Assembly: GCA_910585235.1 (NCBI GenBank)
Contig: CAJUCM010000003.1
Span: 15,649 to 79,648 of the forward strand
Length of the DNA stretch: 64,000 nucleotides
Source of the DNA: an uncultured Christensenella sp.
GTDB taxonomy: Bacteria; Bacillota; Clostridia; Christensenellales; Borkfalkiaceae
Reading direction: 5' to 3'
Shown here in pieces: positions 7,276-15,571 of the stretch (positions are counted from its first letter, which is position 1; each line of letters opens with the position of its first letter). Below the pieces are notes generated by a model that saw only the letters and a program-made list of their open reading frames with translations, was not told the DNA's origin and did not search any database. Made by a program: the position numbers and the translations under genes.

Positions 7276-9873
7276 TTATTTTTCGATTGTTTGTACGCTC
7301 GCGCCGGCTTCGCGGAGCTGGTTTGCAAAACTTATAGCTCTCTCTTCGTCAAACCCTTGCGCGATCACGCCGCTTTTTTCCGCCAGCTTTTTCGCTGCGT
7401 CGAGACTGTTATGCAAATACTGACGGATAATTCTAATCACTGCAATTTTATTGTTTCCGCAATTCAACAGTTCAACGCCGAACGACGTGCCGCTTGCGGT
7501 CTTCTTTTTGTTCTTCGCTTTTTTCGCGGGAGCGGGATCCGCCGTATATGCCGCTTCACGGTAAGCGGCGAAATCGATTTCAAGAAGATGATTGTCGTTG
7601 CCCGCGATAAAGTTTTCGTAATTGTCGAGCTTTTTCTGTTCCAAAAGCTGTTCGCGGTCGATCGCGTTCAGCGCTTTTTCGAGTTCGCTCTTCAAGGCTT
7701 TTTTCTGCGAATGAAGATCGTCTCTCTTACTTGTCGTTCTCGTTAGCATGGAATATGCCGCATTGTATTGATGGGACATACGACTGTTTTTATCGTTGGA
7801 AGCTCTGTATGCGATCGCCACAATGATTGCCAGCAAAATACTGAGCGCGACTCCGCCGAGAACCCCGTAAATTGCGGCTTGAATCACAACCAACGGGATT
7901 ACAGGCTCCTGACTGGGCCAAGCCCAAGTGATAAATTCTAATTCCAAAACTTCCGGCATATCGGTAAACATCCCGAAAGTAAGTCCGATCCAAGCCGCAA
8001 AAATCGCAATGATAAATAAAATACCCGAAACAATAACTCCCTTCATCGGAAAATATTTCTTCGGTTTTTCCCTGAACGTTTTCAGAATGGGATTGACTGC
8101 AAAGACGTGAGAAATTTCGGCGTTCGCCGCGTCGATCTCGCGGTCCTTTGCGGCGTCCAACGCTTGATACCGCTCTTTGCGGTTTCTGATTTTTGCCTCG
8201 CAATCGGCGATCTTATCCCTGCAAGCCTGCGCCTTTGGTTCAAACTTTTCGCAAATTTTTTGGCGCAATTCCGTAAGATGTTCGCGGAACTCGCCCTGCG
8301 CGTACTGATAGGCGTTCTGGAACGCGGGGCGGCGGACGGTCATTGCAACCGTATCGCAGTCGCACTTTTCCAAAAACTCCTCTTCCGAAGCGCACGCTTC
8401 GTCTCCGAGCAAAACGTTCCACCATGCCTTTGCGTTTTCGGGTTCGGAAGCGATCAAAAGACGGCTGACGGAATCCGAACGCTTAAAGTCTTTCTTCTGT
8501 AAAAATTTTTCCGCACGGGGCAGTAGCGTCTCTTCGGATTTCAGATCCTTTTCAAACTGCTCGATCTGTTCGACCGTCTTGCCCGTCGCATAGCGCTTTG
8601 CAGTGATATAATTGCGGTTGCGCCTGACCTGTTCAAAATCGTCCGCCGACTCGACGGTATTTTCCGCCCGCTTATCATCGACCGCGTTACGATCGACAAG
8701 GAACAGTCCCCACCAAGCGTCCGCGTTCTGCGGATCGGCGTCGAGAACGCGCCCGTAATAATCTTTTGCGTTGTCGAAGCTCTTGACTTCGAGCTCCTGT
8801 TTTGCGCGCATCAAAAGGCTCTTGACGGTCGCCGAAGCGCCGCCGCCCGCCGATTCCGCGCCGCCCTGCTGCAATCCTTTCAGGCGCTCTTCGAGTTCGC
8901 GCTGAGCTTGCTTCTGCGCTTCGATCTGTTTGAGGATCTCTTCCTCTTCCTTGCTTCTCTTCTTTCTTCCGAGTTTCTTTTCCACCGCGTCCGCGACGTG
9001 GATCTCATACCCGCCCGCGGCGTACCTGCGCAGATCGATCCCCTGCGTGCGGGCGAACGGAGGAAGATTTCTCACTTCCGCGCCGTCGAACACGGCGCAG
9101 GCGACGCCGCTGAGGCGTTCCGTCTCCATACGTTCTTCAAAACGCGACCACTCGTTCTTGACCCAGGGCGCGTTGATAAATTCCTCTTTGGTGCCGACGA
9201 GAATAAAGAACTTACAGCTGAACAGCGCGCGGAAGATGATCGGCTCGAACGCGGAAAAGAGCTTTCCTTCGAGAGTCACGTCCGAGAAAAACGTCTTGAT
9301 CCCGCGCTTGGTAAGTTCGTCGTAGATAATGCGGGCGATCTGCGCGTCGCGCGTGATCCTGCCCATTTCGTCGGTGGACTTGAACGAAATAAATACGTCG
9401 TAATCCTCTTCCGCGTCGGAAAGTTTTAATATCTCTCTCTGCAAGCGGTCGATCTCCGTCGCCTCTTTGATATATTCCGCTCTCTGAACCTCGCTCGCGC
9501 ACTCGATCGCTTTGAGATAGTCCTCGTTCTCCAAAATGCTCTCGCGCACCGCGCGGTGACAGGTGGGCGTATAGCGGTTGGTTCTGGGGTCTTTTACGAA
9601 ATCGATTCCGTAAAGACTGATCACAAGTCCCCAGTGCGCCTCCGCATCGTCGGGATTCTGCTCGATGATCAGTCTGTATTCCATGATCGCGTCGGAAAAG
9701 CGGTTCGCCCGCCGCAAAGCGTTCGCGCGGTCAAGCTCGGATATGACCTTTTCCGTTTTTTCCTCTTTCCAATATTCGATATGATTGCAATACTCGCACG
9801 ACAGCGTGATCCCGTCCGCGCCGAATTTGAGTTCCGCGCCGCAACAGGGGCATTTCATTGTCACTCTTCCCAT
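7276..9873 (-). CDS. Zn-ribbon / TPR-like / TIR domain protein with a 2-TM hairpin and a C-terminal ribosomal L7/L12-CTD-like domain
   Basis: CPCCG...CEYCN zinc ribbon. Three AxWG/AWW helical repeats. TIR-type block YDVFISFKSTD...GIKTFFSD...KFFILVGTKEEFINAPWVKNEWSRF (about nt 9019-9402). Two TM helices (about nt 7807-8061). The last ~69 aa, FGVELLNCGNNKIAVIRIIRQYLHNSLDAAKKLAEKSGVIAQGFDEERAISFANQLREAGASVQTIEK, align along their length with the L7/L12 C-terminal domain. Confidence 0.8.
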   Translation of the reverse strand: MGRVTMKCPCCGAELKFGADGITLSCEYCNHIEYWKEEKTEKVISELDRANALRRANRFSDAIMEYRLIIEQNPDDAEAHWGLVISLYGIDFVKDPRTNRYTPTCHRAVRESILENEDYLKAIECASEVQRAEYIKEATEIDRLQREILKLSDAEEDYDVFISFKSTDEMGRITRDAQIARIIYDELTKRGIKTFFSDVTLEGKLFSAFEPIIFRALFSCKFFILVGTKEEFINAPWVKNEWSRFEERMETERLSGVACAVFDGAEVRNLPPFARTQGIDLRRYAAGGYEIHVADAVEKKLGRKKRSKEEEEILKQIEAQKQAQRELEERLKGLQQGGAESAGGGASATVKSLLMRAKQELEVKSFDNAKDYYGRVLDADPQNADAWWGLFLVDRNAVDDKRAENTVESADDFEQVRRNRNYITAKRYATGKTVEQIEQFEKDLKSEETLLPRAEKFLQKKDFKRSDSVSRLLIASEPENAKAWWNVLLGDEACASEEEFLEKCDCDTVAMTVRRPAFQNAYQYAQGEFREHLTELRQKICEKFEPKAQACRDKIADCEAKIRNRKERYQALDAAKDREIDAANAEISHVFAVNPILKTFREKPKKYFPMKGVIVSGILFIIAIFAAWIGLTFGMFTDMPEVLELEFITWAWPSQEPVIPLVVIQAAIYGVLGGVALSILLAIIVAIAYRASNDKNSRMSHQYNAAYSMLTRTTSKRDDLHSQKKALKSELEKALNAIDREQLLEQKKLDNYENFIAGNDNHLLEIDFAAYREAAYTADPAPAKKAKNKKKTASGTSFGVELLNCGNNKIAVIRIIRQYLHNSLDAAKKLAEKSGVIAQGFDEERAISFANQLREAGASVQTIEK

Positions 9874-9929
9874 AGTTCTCTCCCGTTTTTCTTATGCCGT
9901 TTTTTCAGCCGTTATCACAGTTACGTTTT

Positions 9930-9959
9930 ATTATAACACAATTCTATCACAATCCGCAA
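9930..9959 (-). promoter_or_regulatory. sigma-A type promoter for the TIR gene
   Basis: Minus strand reads TTGCGG-18 nt-TATAAT with an extended -10 (TGT TATAAT), about 55 nt upstream of the GGGAGAG SD and ATG. Confidence 0.5.
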
Positions 9960-10039
9960 GTAGTCTCCATGAAATAATTCTGTAATTAACAAAAAAATCC
10001 GCCCTCTTGCGATAAGTTAGGGAGCGTATTCTAAAAGAA

Positions 10040-10140
10040 ACGGCGTGTCGGGGACGCCACGCCCTACGGTTTGTTCGCATATAACGCACACGCCCGTTGC
10101 CCTGCTTTGCTTTGTAGGGCACGACGACGCGGCGTGCCGC
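10040..10140 (-). repeat. GC-rich palindromic extragenic element, copy B
   Basis: Same termini as 464-544 with a longer, divergent centre. Helix 10053-10067/10114-10128 keeps the same three C.A positions (G.U on the minus strand). Confidence 0.6.
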
Positions 10141-10194
10141 ATTATATGCCGCCCCGCTTGGCGTTGCGCCAAGCGGGGCAAAAAAACTTATTTT

Positions 10195-10392
10195 CTATTT
10201 ACAGCCCGAACAGGTCTTGCAGTTTCCGCTGCAATGCGGGGCGGACTTCCCCGTAGCCGAATAAACTTTTCCCGACCACTCGCGCTCCGCCCTCTTTCCG
10301 CAGTCGGGGCAAAGCACCTCTTCGTTGCAATTTTTGACAAGTTCCTCGAACTCTTTCCGGCAGGATAAGCACCTGTACTGTAAAACGGGCAT
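10195..10392 (-). CDS. FmdB-family zinc-ribbon protein
   Basis: 65 aa: YRCLSCRKEF...CPDCG, plus a Cys-rich tail (CSGNCKTCSGC). Starts 2 nt after the corA stop. Confidence 0.75.
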   Translation of the reverse strand: MPVLQYRCLSCRKEFEELVKNCNEEVLCPDCGKRAEREWSGKVYSATGKSAPHCSGNCKTCSGCK

Positions 10393-10393
10393 T

Positions 10394-11383
10394 TCATTCC
10401 CCTCTTCTGCGCTTCCGCTTAATTTCTTTGGGCGTCTTGATGCGAATGGAATTCGTCATGCGGATGAGCACGAACGAGACGATCGCGGTAACGACGACGC
10501 ACACGCCGATGACGACCCAGAAGCCCCAGCTCTTGCCCTCGAACGGCACGCCCACGTTCATGCCCCAAAGACTTGCGATGAGCGTCGGCACGGAGATGAT
10601 GAGCGTGATGACCGCAAGCAGTTTCATGACCACATTCAGATTGTTTGAAATGACGGAGGCGTACGCGTCCATCGTGCCCGAAAGAATATCGCGGTAAATG
10701 TTACACATTTCCACCGCCTGACGGGTCTCGATCAGAACGTCGTCGTAGAGGTCGCGGTATTCCTCGTTCTCCGTAATTTCGGGCAGGCGCTCCATTTTTT
10801 TATACACGCCGATGTCCGCGCTCAGCGAAGTCGAAAAATACACGAGCGAATTTTCAAGCGCGAGCATTTGGATAAGTTCCTTGTTCTTCATGGAACGGTG
10901 AAGCTCCGCCTGCACGCGCAGGGACTTTTTATCGATCTGCCGAAGGTTGGACAAAAACCGCTTTGCATTGCCGAACATAAAAGTCAGCATAAAGAAAACG
11001 GGTTTTGCGGTATCCACGCTCACGCGGTTGGAGATAAAATCGCCGAGCACGGGATTTCCGCGGAGAGATACGGTGACGACGCACTTATCGTTGTAGATGA
11101 TCGCCATAGGGATCGTCTCGTAAGTGTCGCCCTCGTCGGTATCGGTAATGGTGGGCGTATCGATCAGGCACATAAAATACCCGTCGTCGCGCTCCATACG
11201 CGCCGTCTCCTGTTCGTCGAGCGCGGCTTTGAGCGTCTCTTCGGGAATGCCCGTAACAGCCGCCGCGTCCTCGATCTCGTCGTCGGTCGGGTTAATCAGA
11301 TCCACCCAGCACTTCTCCTCAAACGCTTCGAGGCGTCCGAGTTTATTCAGTTCGTCGTTCTTAAAATATTTTACCATAGGCAT
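10394..11383 (-). CDS. corA: CorA-family Mg2+/Co2+ transporter
   Basis: About 330 aa: a cytoplasmic domain plus two C-terminal TM helices with the signature WGMNVGVPFEG (GMN motif). Confidence 0.9.
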   Translation of the reverse strand: MPMVKYFKNDELNKLGRLEAFEEKCWVDLINPTDDEIEDAAAVTGIPEETLKAALDEQETARMERDDGYFMCLIDTPTITDTDEGDTYETIPMAIIYNDKCVVTVSLRGNPVLGDFISNRVSVDTAKPVFFMLTFMFGNAKRFLSNLRQIDKKSLRVQAELHRSMKNKELIQMLALENSLVYFSTSLSADIGVYKKMERLPEITENEEYRDLYDDVLIETRQAVEMCNIYRDILSGTMDAYASVISNNLNVVMKLLAVITLIISVPTLIASLWGMNVGVPFEGKSWGFWVVIGVCVVVTAIVSFVLIRMTNSIRIKTPKEIKRKRRRGE

Positions 11384-11402
11384 ACCGTCCCGTCGATATT
11401 CT

Positions 11403-11435
11403 GAAAAACAAAACGCACGGAAAACTTTCCGTGCG
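11403..11435 (-). terminator. intrinsic terminator / attenuator 19 nt upstream of the corA start
   Basis: Minus strand reads CGCACGG-AAAGTTTT-CCGTGCG followed by TTTTGTTTTT. There is no room for a promoter between it and corA. Confidence 0.7.
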
Positions 11436-11471
11436 CGAATACCGTTATAGCCGGGGTACGGCTACCGTCTT

Positions 11472-11537
11472 TTAATTCCGCATGGAAAGCAATTCGATTG
11501 TAAGGAAAAAACTACTTCGATATGGGCTGACGTCCAT
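11472..11537 (-). CDS. candidate 21-aa leader peptide / small ORF (MDVSPYRSSFFLTIELLSMRN)
   Basis: ATG preceded by AAGGAG at 7-nt spacing. Lies between a consensus-like promoter and the corA attenuator. Below the ORF-track size cut-off. Confidence 0.3.
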   Translation of the reverse strand: MDVSPYRSSFFLTIELLSMRN

Positions 11538-11572
11538 TTTTAACTCCTTCGCTTTTTTATTTCCTTATTTTC

Positions 11573-11601
11573 ATTATAAACGATTTACGACGATTTGGCA
11601 A
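11573..11601 (-). promoter_or_regulatory. sigma-A type promoter driving the corA leader
   Basis: Minus strand reads TTGCCA-17 nt-TATAAT, just downstream of the M1 peptidase stop codon. Confidence 0.6.
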
Positions 11602-11619
11602 CTGTTTTTCAAAAGTTTT

Positions 11620-13056
11620 TCAAATCACGCACCTTCCCTCCGTAAAGGACAGAACAAGCTGTTCGGCGGAAGAAAAACACCCGATCAGATCGTATTCGGA
11701 AGCCAATTTTCCCGCATACTTTGCGGCATACGATCTGAGCGAAGAAAAGAATTTTCTGTCCCCCATCGTCTCGCGCAGTCTGTCAAAGAGAACGACCCCC
11801 TTGTCATAGGCGAGAATGCGGTACTCGTACTCTCCCGAATATCCGCTCAGAGGGCGGCTCATGCCCGTATCCACCTCCCCCGAAAGCTGGCTCTGCACGT
11901 TAAAGTAATTGCGGTACGCGTTTTCCGACGCCGCGACGAAATCGCGGTAGCCGACTCCGTAGGCGGGATGATTTTCAAAAAAGAGCGCGACGGAATACTC
12001 GGCGAGTCCCTCGTCCTGCCAGGCGCAATTCGCCTGATCGCTCCCGACCGAGGCGTACCACCACTGGTGCGCCGTCTCGTGCGCGACGACCGCGGTGCGC
12101 TCCTCCCGCCTGAGCGCAGAGGAGATCGTAGCGAACCCGCCGTATTCCATCCCGCCGAAATAGAGATCGGTCTCCGCAAAGGCGTAGCGCGGATACGCAT
12201 ACTCCCCGAACAGCTCCGCATAGGTCGCGACCGCGTCGCAAGCCGCCCTGAGCGTCTCTTCGGGAAATGCGTCCGCAAAATAATAGTAGTCGATTTTAAC
12301 GTTCGCCCGCTCGTCGGAGACGACTTTGAAGTCGCCCAGAACGAACGCCGCGTCGCGGACGTTCTCCGCCTTATAACGGCAGACGGTCTTGCCGTTCCCC
12401 TCCGAGAGCGCCGCATCCCCTCCGCACGCGACTTTCATTTCCGCGGGGACGGTCAGCGTAACGGAAAAGTCGGAGGTATCGAGCGTGAACGGCTCGCCGT
12501 ACGCTGCGGGCGCGTATGCGTAAAAACCGCTCTCCCCCTGCGCGGGGAGCATGGGATAAAAATAGGACAGGTTGACGCAGTTTTCCCCGATCCCCAGCCG
12601 ATGATCGGCTTTGGGCAAAGTCAGCGAATAGCGCACAAAGAGCGCGACGCTCTCGTCGGGATAGAGCGGTTTTGAAAGAAGCACCGAGAGAACGCCGTTA
12701 TCTTCGCCCCCGACGCTCCATTCCTTTCCGCCCGTCACCTCTTCGATTTCGATCCCGCCGTAGCTGACGCCGCCGTAATAACAGGCGGAAGAAAACAGTT
12801 CGGAGACGGGCGGAGTTTTGACCCCCTCCCCGAACATATTCGGATAGAGCGCAAACGGGATCTCTTCGAGAACGTTCTCCGTTCTGTTGGGGACGGTCAC
12901 TTTCATACTGCCGTCTATTCTGCCCTCTTCCGCAAAGTATTCCGCTTCGATCTCGTAACCGCAACGCGCGCCCGCGCCGTTATCGCAGGCGGAAAACGCC
13001 GCAAGCGGAAGCGAAACGATGAGCGCAAGCGTGCCGAACGCAATGATTTTCCGCAT
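11620..13056 (-). CDS. M1-family zinc metallopeptidase, lipoprotein
   Basis: Signal plus lipobox (LPLAAFSAC). HETAHQWW...WQDEGLAEY gluzincin HExxH-E motif. Confidence 0.85.
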   Translation of the reverse strand: MRKIIAFGTLALIVSLPLAAFSACDNGAGARCGYEIEAEYFAEEGRIDGSMKVTVPNRTENVLEEIPFALYPNMFGEGVKTPPVSELFSSACYYGGVSYGGIEIEEVTGGKEWSVGGEDNGVLSVLLSKPLYPDESVALFVRYSLTLPKADHRLGIGENCVNLSYFYPMLPAQGESGFYAYAPAAYGEPFTLDTSDFSVTLTVPAEMKVACGGDAALSEGNGKTVCRYKAENVRDAAFVLGDFKVVSDERANVKIDYYYFADAFPEETLRAACDAVATYAELFGEYAYPRYAFAETDLYFGGMEYGGFATISSALRREERTAVVAHETAHQWWYASVGSDQANCAWQDEGLAEYSVALFFENHPAYGVGYRDFVAASENAYRNYFNVQSQLSGEVDTGMSRPLSGYSGEYEYRILAYDKGVVLFDRLRETMGDRKFFSSLRSYAAKYAGKLASEYDLIGCFSSAEQLVLSFTEGRCVI

Positions 13057-13134
13057 AAAAAAACCTCCCGACAGCGGCGCTTTCCGCGCCTTTGCCGACA
13101 GGTTATTCTATGCTTGTCTGTATTTTTGTTATGC

Positions 13135-13791
13135 TCAGACTTTATTGGTTTTATCTTTCGCCGCGGAGACTTCTTCCACTTTCTTCGAGAATGCGTCCGA
13201 ATAAGCGGGTTGCGCGGAAGCGGCGGGCTTCGCCGCGGGAGCGGGCTGCGCTACGTTCTGCACGTCGAATGCGGGCGGCAGATAATCGATCCCGTTCTTG
13301 GCAAGTTCGCCGAGCAGTTTCTTCACGTCGGGAACTTTTCCGATATAGGCGATCCCCGTCGAATCCATTGCATAGACGGAAACGGATTTAAGAACGACTT
13401 TGCCGTTTGCGTTCTGAATAAGCGTCTTGACAAGATCCTCCGCCGCAAGCGTGAAACGGATCGCGTCGCGCTGACCCACGACGACGCGCGCGTCTTTGCT
13501 GAGCCGGTTCTCTTTCTTATAGACGTCGGTATAGTTAAAATTGACTTTCCCGTTTCTGAGACCGAGCTCGGTGATGGTAATGTCGGTCAGAGAACGGTTG
13601 GAGACGGTGATATTCGCAACCATTCTTCTCGTATCGGGATCGGCAGAGAACTGACCGATAAATTTCAGCCTCTGTACGGCGACCCTCTTGCGCATATCGA
13701 AGAGAAGCCATACGACTACGCCCAGAATTGCAACAAGTATGACCGCAACGATCAGAATGATGAGACCTGCATTTTCATTTAACCCATCCAT
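13135..13791 (-). CDS. hypothetical single-pass membrane protein
   Basis: One N-terminal TM helix (LIILIVAVILVAILGVVVWLLF), a beta-rich domain and a Pro/Ala-rich tail. No motif recognised. Confidence 0.5.
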   Translation of the reverse strand: MDGLNENAGLIILIVAVILVAILGVVVWLLFDMRKRVAVQRLKFIGQFSADPDTRRMVANITVSNRSLTDITITELGLRNGKVNFNYTDVYKKENRLSKDARVVVGQRDAIRFTLAAEDLVKTLIQNANGKVVLKSVSVYAMDSTGIAYIGKVPDVKKLLGELAKNGIDYLPPAFDVQNVAQPAPAAKPAASAQPAYSDAFSKKVEEVSAAKDKTNKV

Positions 13792-13873
13792 ATATAACCT
13801 CTTCTGATTTTTTTATCAGTGTTATTATACGATATACGGCGAAAAAAATCAATCGTTCTTTCTTAAATTTTAT

Positions 13874-13905
13874 AAAAAAATCGGACATTCTCTGGGGAAT
13901 GCCCG
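13874..13905 (-). terminator. rho-independent terminator after the M23 peptidase gene
   Basis: Minus strand reads CGGGCATT-CCCCAGAG-AATGTCCG (one G.U pair) followed by ATTTTTTTAT. Confidence 0.65.
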
Positions 13906-13939
13906 ATTTTTAACGGTTGTTTTTCCAAGAAACGGAAAC

Positions 13940-14563
13940 TTACTTTTCTTCGTACTCGATGTCGAGGTACGACGCGGGATCGACCGCTTTATTGTTTACC
14001 TTCAATTCAAAGTGCAGGTGCGTGCCGTCCTTCGCCTCGGAACCGTACGCCGCCGCCACCGTTGCAAAGTACTCTCCCTTGGAAAGTTTCGCGCCGACTT
14101 TCAGCGAAGAATTGGGCTCTACGAAACGGTAATAACCCTTCATGCCGTCGCCGTGATCGACGATGATGAGATTGCCCGTCTTTTTGCTCAGGCTGATCGA
14201 CTCGACCGTTCCGTCCGCGATCGCAGCAACTTTCGTGCCCTCTTCCGCGGCGAAGTCGATCCCCTGATGACGGTAGATGAATCCCGTCGTCCCGCTGTTA
14301 TAGACGTCGTTATAGACCGTAACGTCCACATACTCGACGGGATTGCAGAACTTTTCCGCTTCTCCGCCCGTGGGCTTGTCGTCATCCTCGTCCGTCGGCG
14401 GAGGCGTAATATCCTCTGCGGGGGGATTGTTGTCAAGCTGATTAGAATTGTCGTTCGACACGAAGTACACGGTGAGAACCGTCGCCGCCGTCAAAAGACA
14501 AATGCTGATCGCAAGAACAAGGTAGTACAGCAGTTTTCTTTTTTTTGTTTTTTCCTCTTTCAT
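13940..14563 (-). CDS. M23 (LytM-type) peptidoglycan metalloendopeptidase, membrane-anchored
   Basis: N-terminal TM helix. HQGIDFAAEEGTKV, GNLIIVDHGDG and DGTHLHFEL motifs. Confidence 0.85.
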   Translation of the reverse strand: MKEEKTKKRKLLYYLVLAISICLLTAATVLTVYFVSNDNSNQLDNNPPAEDITPPPTDEDDDKPTGGEAEKFCNPVEYVDVTVYNDVYNSGTTGFIYRHQGIDFAAEEGTKVAAIADGTVESISLSKKTGNLIIVDHGDGMKGYYRFVEPNSSLKVGAKLSKGEYFATVAAAYGSEAKDGTHLHFELKVNNKAVDPASYLDIEYEEK

Positions 14564-14628
14564 TTTGATCCTCCGGGAATTTTGTTATGTAGATCATGAA
14601 CGACTTTTCGGGTTTTTATACATCCCTT

Positions 14629-15051
14629 TCAAAAACCGCCGAAAATGATGGGAGTCCCCGCCGCCGTTTCTTCCCCGTCGCAGGCGATATGAAGGTTCAC
14701 CCGCACCCCGCCGATCGACACCGCGTCTTTGAGAAAAGGAGAATAACAATAGTAGTTGACGACGCCCGCCGCCTCTTCCGTAAAGAGGATCTGCGCGCCG
14801 AAGCGTTCCATGATCTCCTGCGCTCTGTTTCCCGAATAGCGCGCGCTCTCCCCTCTTACGTCCGCCAAAAACAGTTTTTCGTAGGGAGAGCGGGAAAGCA
14901 CGATCTCCTCCGAAGAAGTTCCTCTGTAAAATTCGTAGCGGTCCCCGTCCGCAAAGACGGGCGAGCGAAAGAGAACATACGCAAAGAGAATGCACGCTAC
15001 GGCAAGCGCCGCTATTGCAAACGTTTTGATCGTGATGAATAATCTGCGCAT
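14629..15051 (-). CDS. hypothetical membrane-anchored protein
   Basis: N-terminal TM helix (FAIAALAVACILFAYVLF) plus a ~110-aa domain. No motif recognised. Confidence 0.45.
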   Translation of the reverse strand: MRRLFITIKTFAIAALAVACILFAYVLFRSPVFADGDRYEFYRGTSSEEIVLSRSPYEKLFLADVRGESARYSGNRAQEIMERFGAQILFTEEAAGVVNYYCYSPFLKDAVSIGGVRVNLHIACDGEETAAGTPIIFGGF

Positions 15052-15166
15052 CGCATTTCCCTCCGCACGGAAAATCTTTGACGCTTTATTTGCGGTTTAT
15101 ACTTCCGCCGGCGGTTTTTTATTGCGGAAAAAAATGAAATTTCAAGGATTCGAGAAGTAAAACGCG

Positions 15167-15195
15167 TTGACTTACGAAAAAAAATAGTGTAAAAT
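15167..15195 (+). promoter_or_regulatory. sigma-A type promoter of the rpsF-ssb-rpsR operon
   Basis: TTGACT-17 nt-TAAAAT. An ~80-nt leader with two small hairpins (GCATATC-GTCAAA-GATATGC) precedes the SD GGGAGGTG. Confidence 0.55.
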
Positions 15196-15274
15196 AAAAA
15201 GACGGACGGAAAAATCCGTTCAAAAACCTTGCATATCGTCAAAGATATGCCGAAAAGACCGGGAGGTGAAAATC

Positions 15275-15559
15275 ATGAAAAAGTACGAGATGCTCCTGCT
15301 GCTGAAAAGCGACATGGAAGAAGAGGCGCGCGAAGCGGAACTGAATAAGTACCGCGAGATCGTTTCTTCACAGGGCGGCGCCGTAGAATCCACCGACAAA
15401 TGGGGTGTGAAAAAGACGGCTTATCCGATACGTTTCCAGACGGAAGCGTTCTATGCCCTCATGAAGTTTTCTGCGGAAGCGGACACGGTGAAAGAACTCG
15501 ACCGTGTGGCGGGGCTTTCCGGCGTCGTGTTAAGACGCATGATCACAAAAGCGGAATAA
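15275..15559 (+). CDS. rpsF: 30S ribosomal protein S6
   Basis: MKKYEMLLLL...DKWGVKKTAYPI is typical of S6. ATG at 15275 with SD GGGAGGTG; the track ORF begins at an upstream GTG. Confidence 0.93.
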   Translation: MKKYEMLLLLKSDMEEEAREAELNKYREIVSSQGGAVESTDKWGVKKTAYPIRFQTEAFYALMKFSAEADTVKELDRVAGLSGVVLRRMITKAE

Positions 15560-15571
15560 GGAGAAAAACGT

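Noticed and set aside
4431-7337. Long ORFs antisense to or overlapping the P-type ATPase gene (4431-5570 -, 5186-5704 +, 5930-6823 +, 6108-7337 +).
   Set aside because: They are Arg/Gly/Pro/Ser-rich, low-complexity translations typical of shadow frames in GC-rich coding DNA. None has an SD or a recognisable motif, and the ATPase frame explains the whole region.
10151-10179. The 11-bp GC hairpin as the terminator of the corA-fmdB operon.
   Set aside because: The T-run lies 5' of the hairpin on the minus strand, and an A-run lies 3' on the plus strand, so it is not a canonical intrinsic terminator in either direction. It is kept only as context for the repeated element.
11384-11620. M-box or another known Mg2+ riboswitch upstream of corA.
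   Set aside because: The leader is too short, and I could not find the multi-helix M-box core. Only a promoter, a small ORF and a terminator are evident.
11482-12675. 397-aa plus-strand ORF and other frames opposite the M1 peptidase gene.
   Set aside because: A shadow ORF with Arg-rich composition and no motifs. The peptidase frame carries an intact HExxH-E signature and a lipoprotein signal.
13135-13791. Possible PilZ (c-di-GMP-binding) domain in the 218-aa membrane protein (RKRVAVQR ... SNRSLTD).
   Set aside because: The RxxxR and D/NxSxxG motifs are only loosely approximated and the Gly is missing. The evidence is insufficient.
15196-15274. S6:S18-binding autoregulatory leader upstream of rpsF.
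   Set aside because: Two small hairpins are present, but I cannot confirm the conserved motif by eye. It is left as part of the promoter note rather than called.
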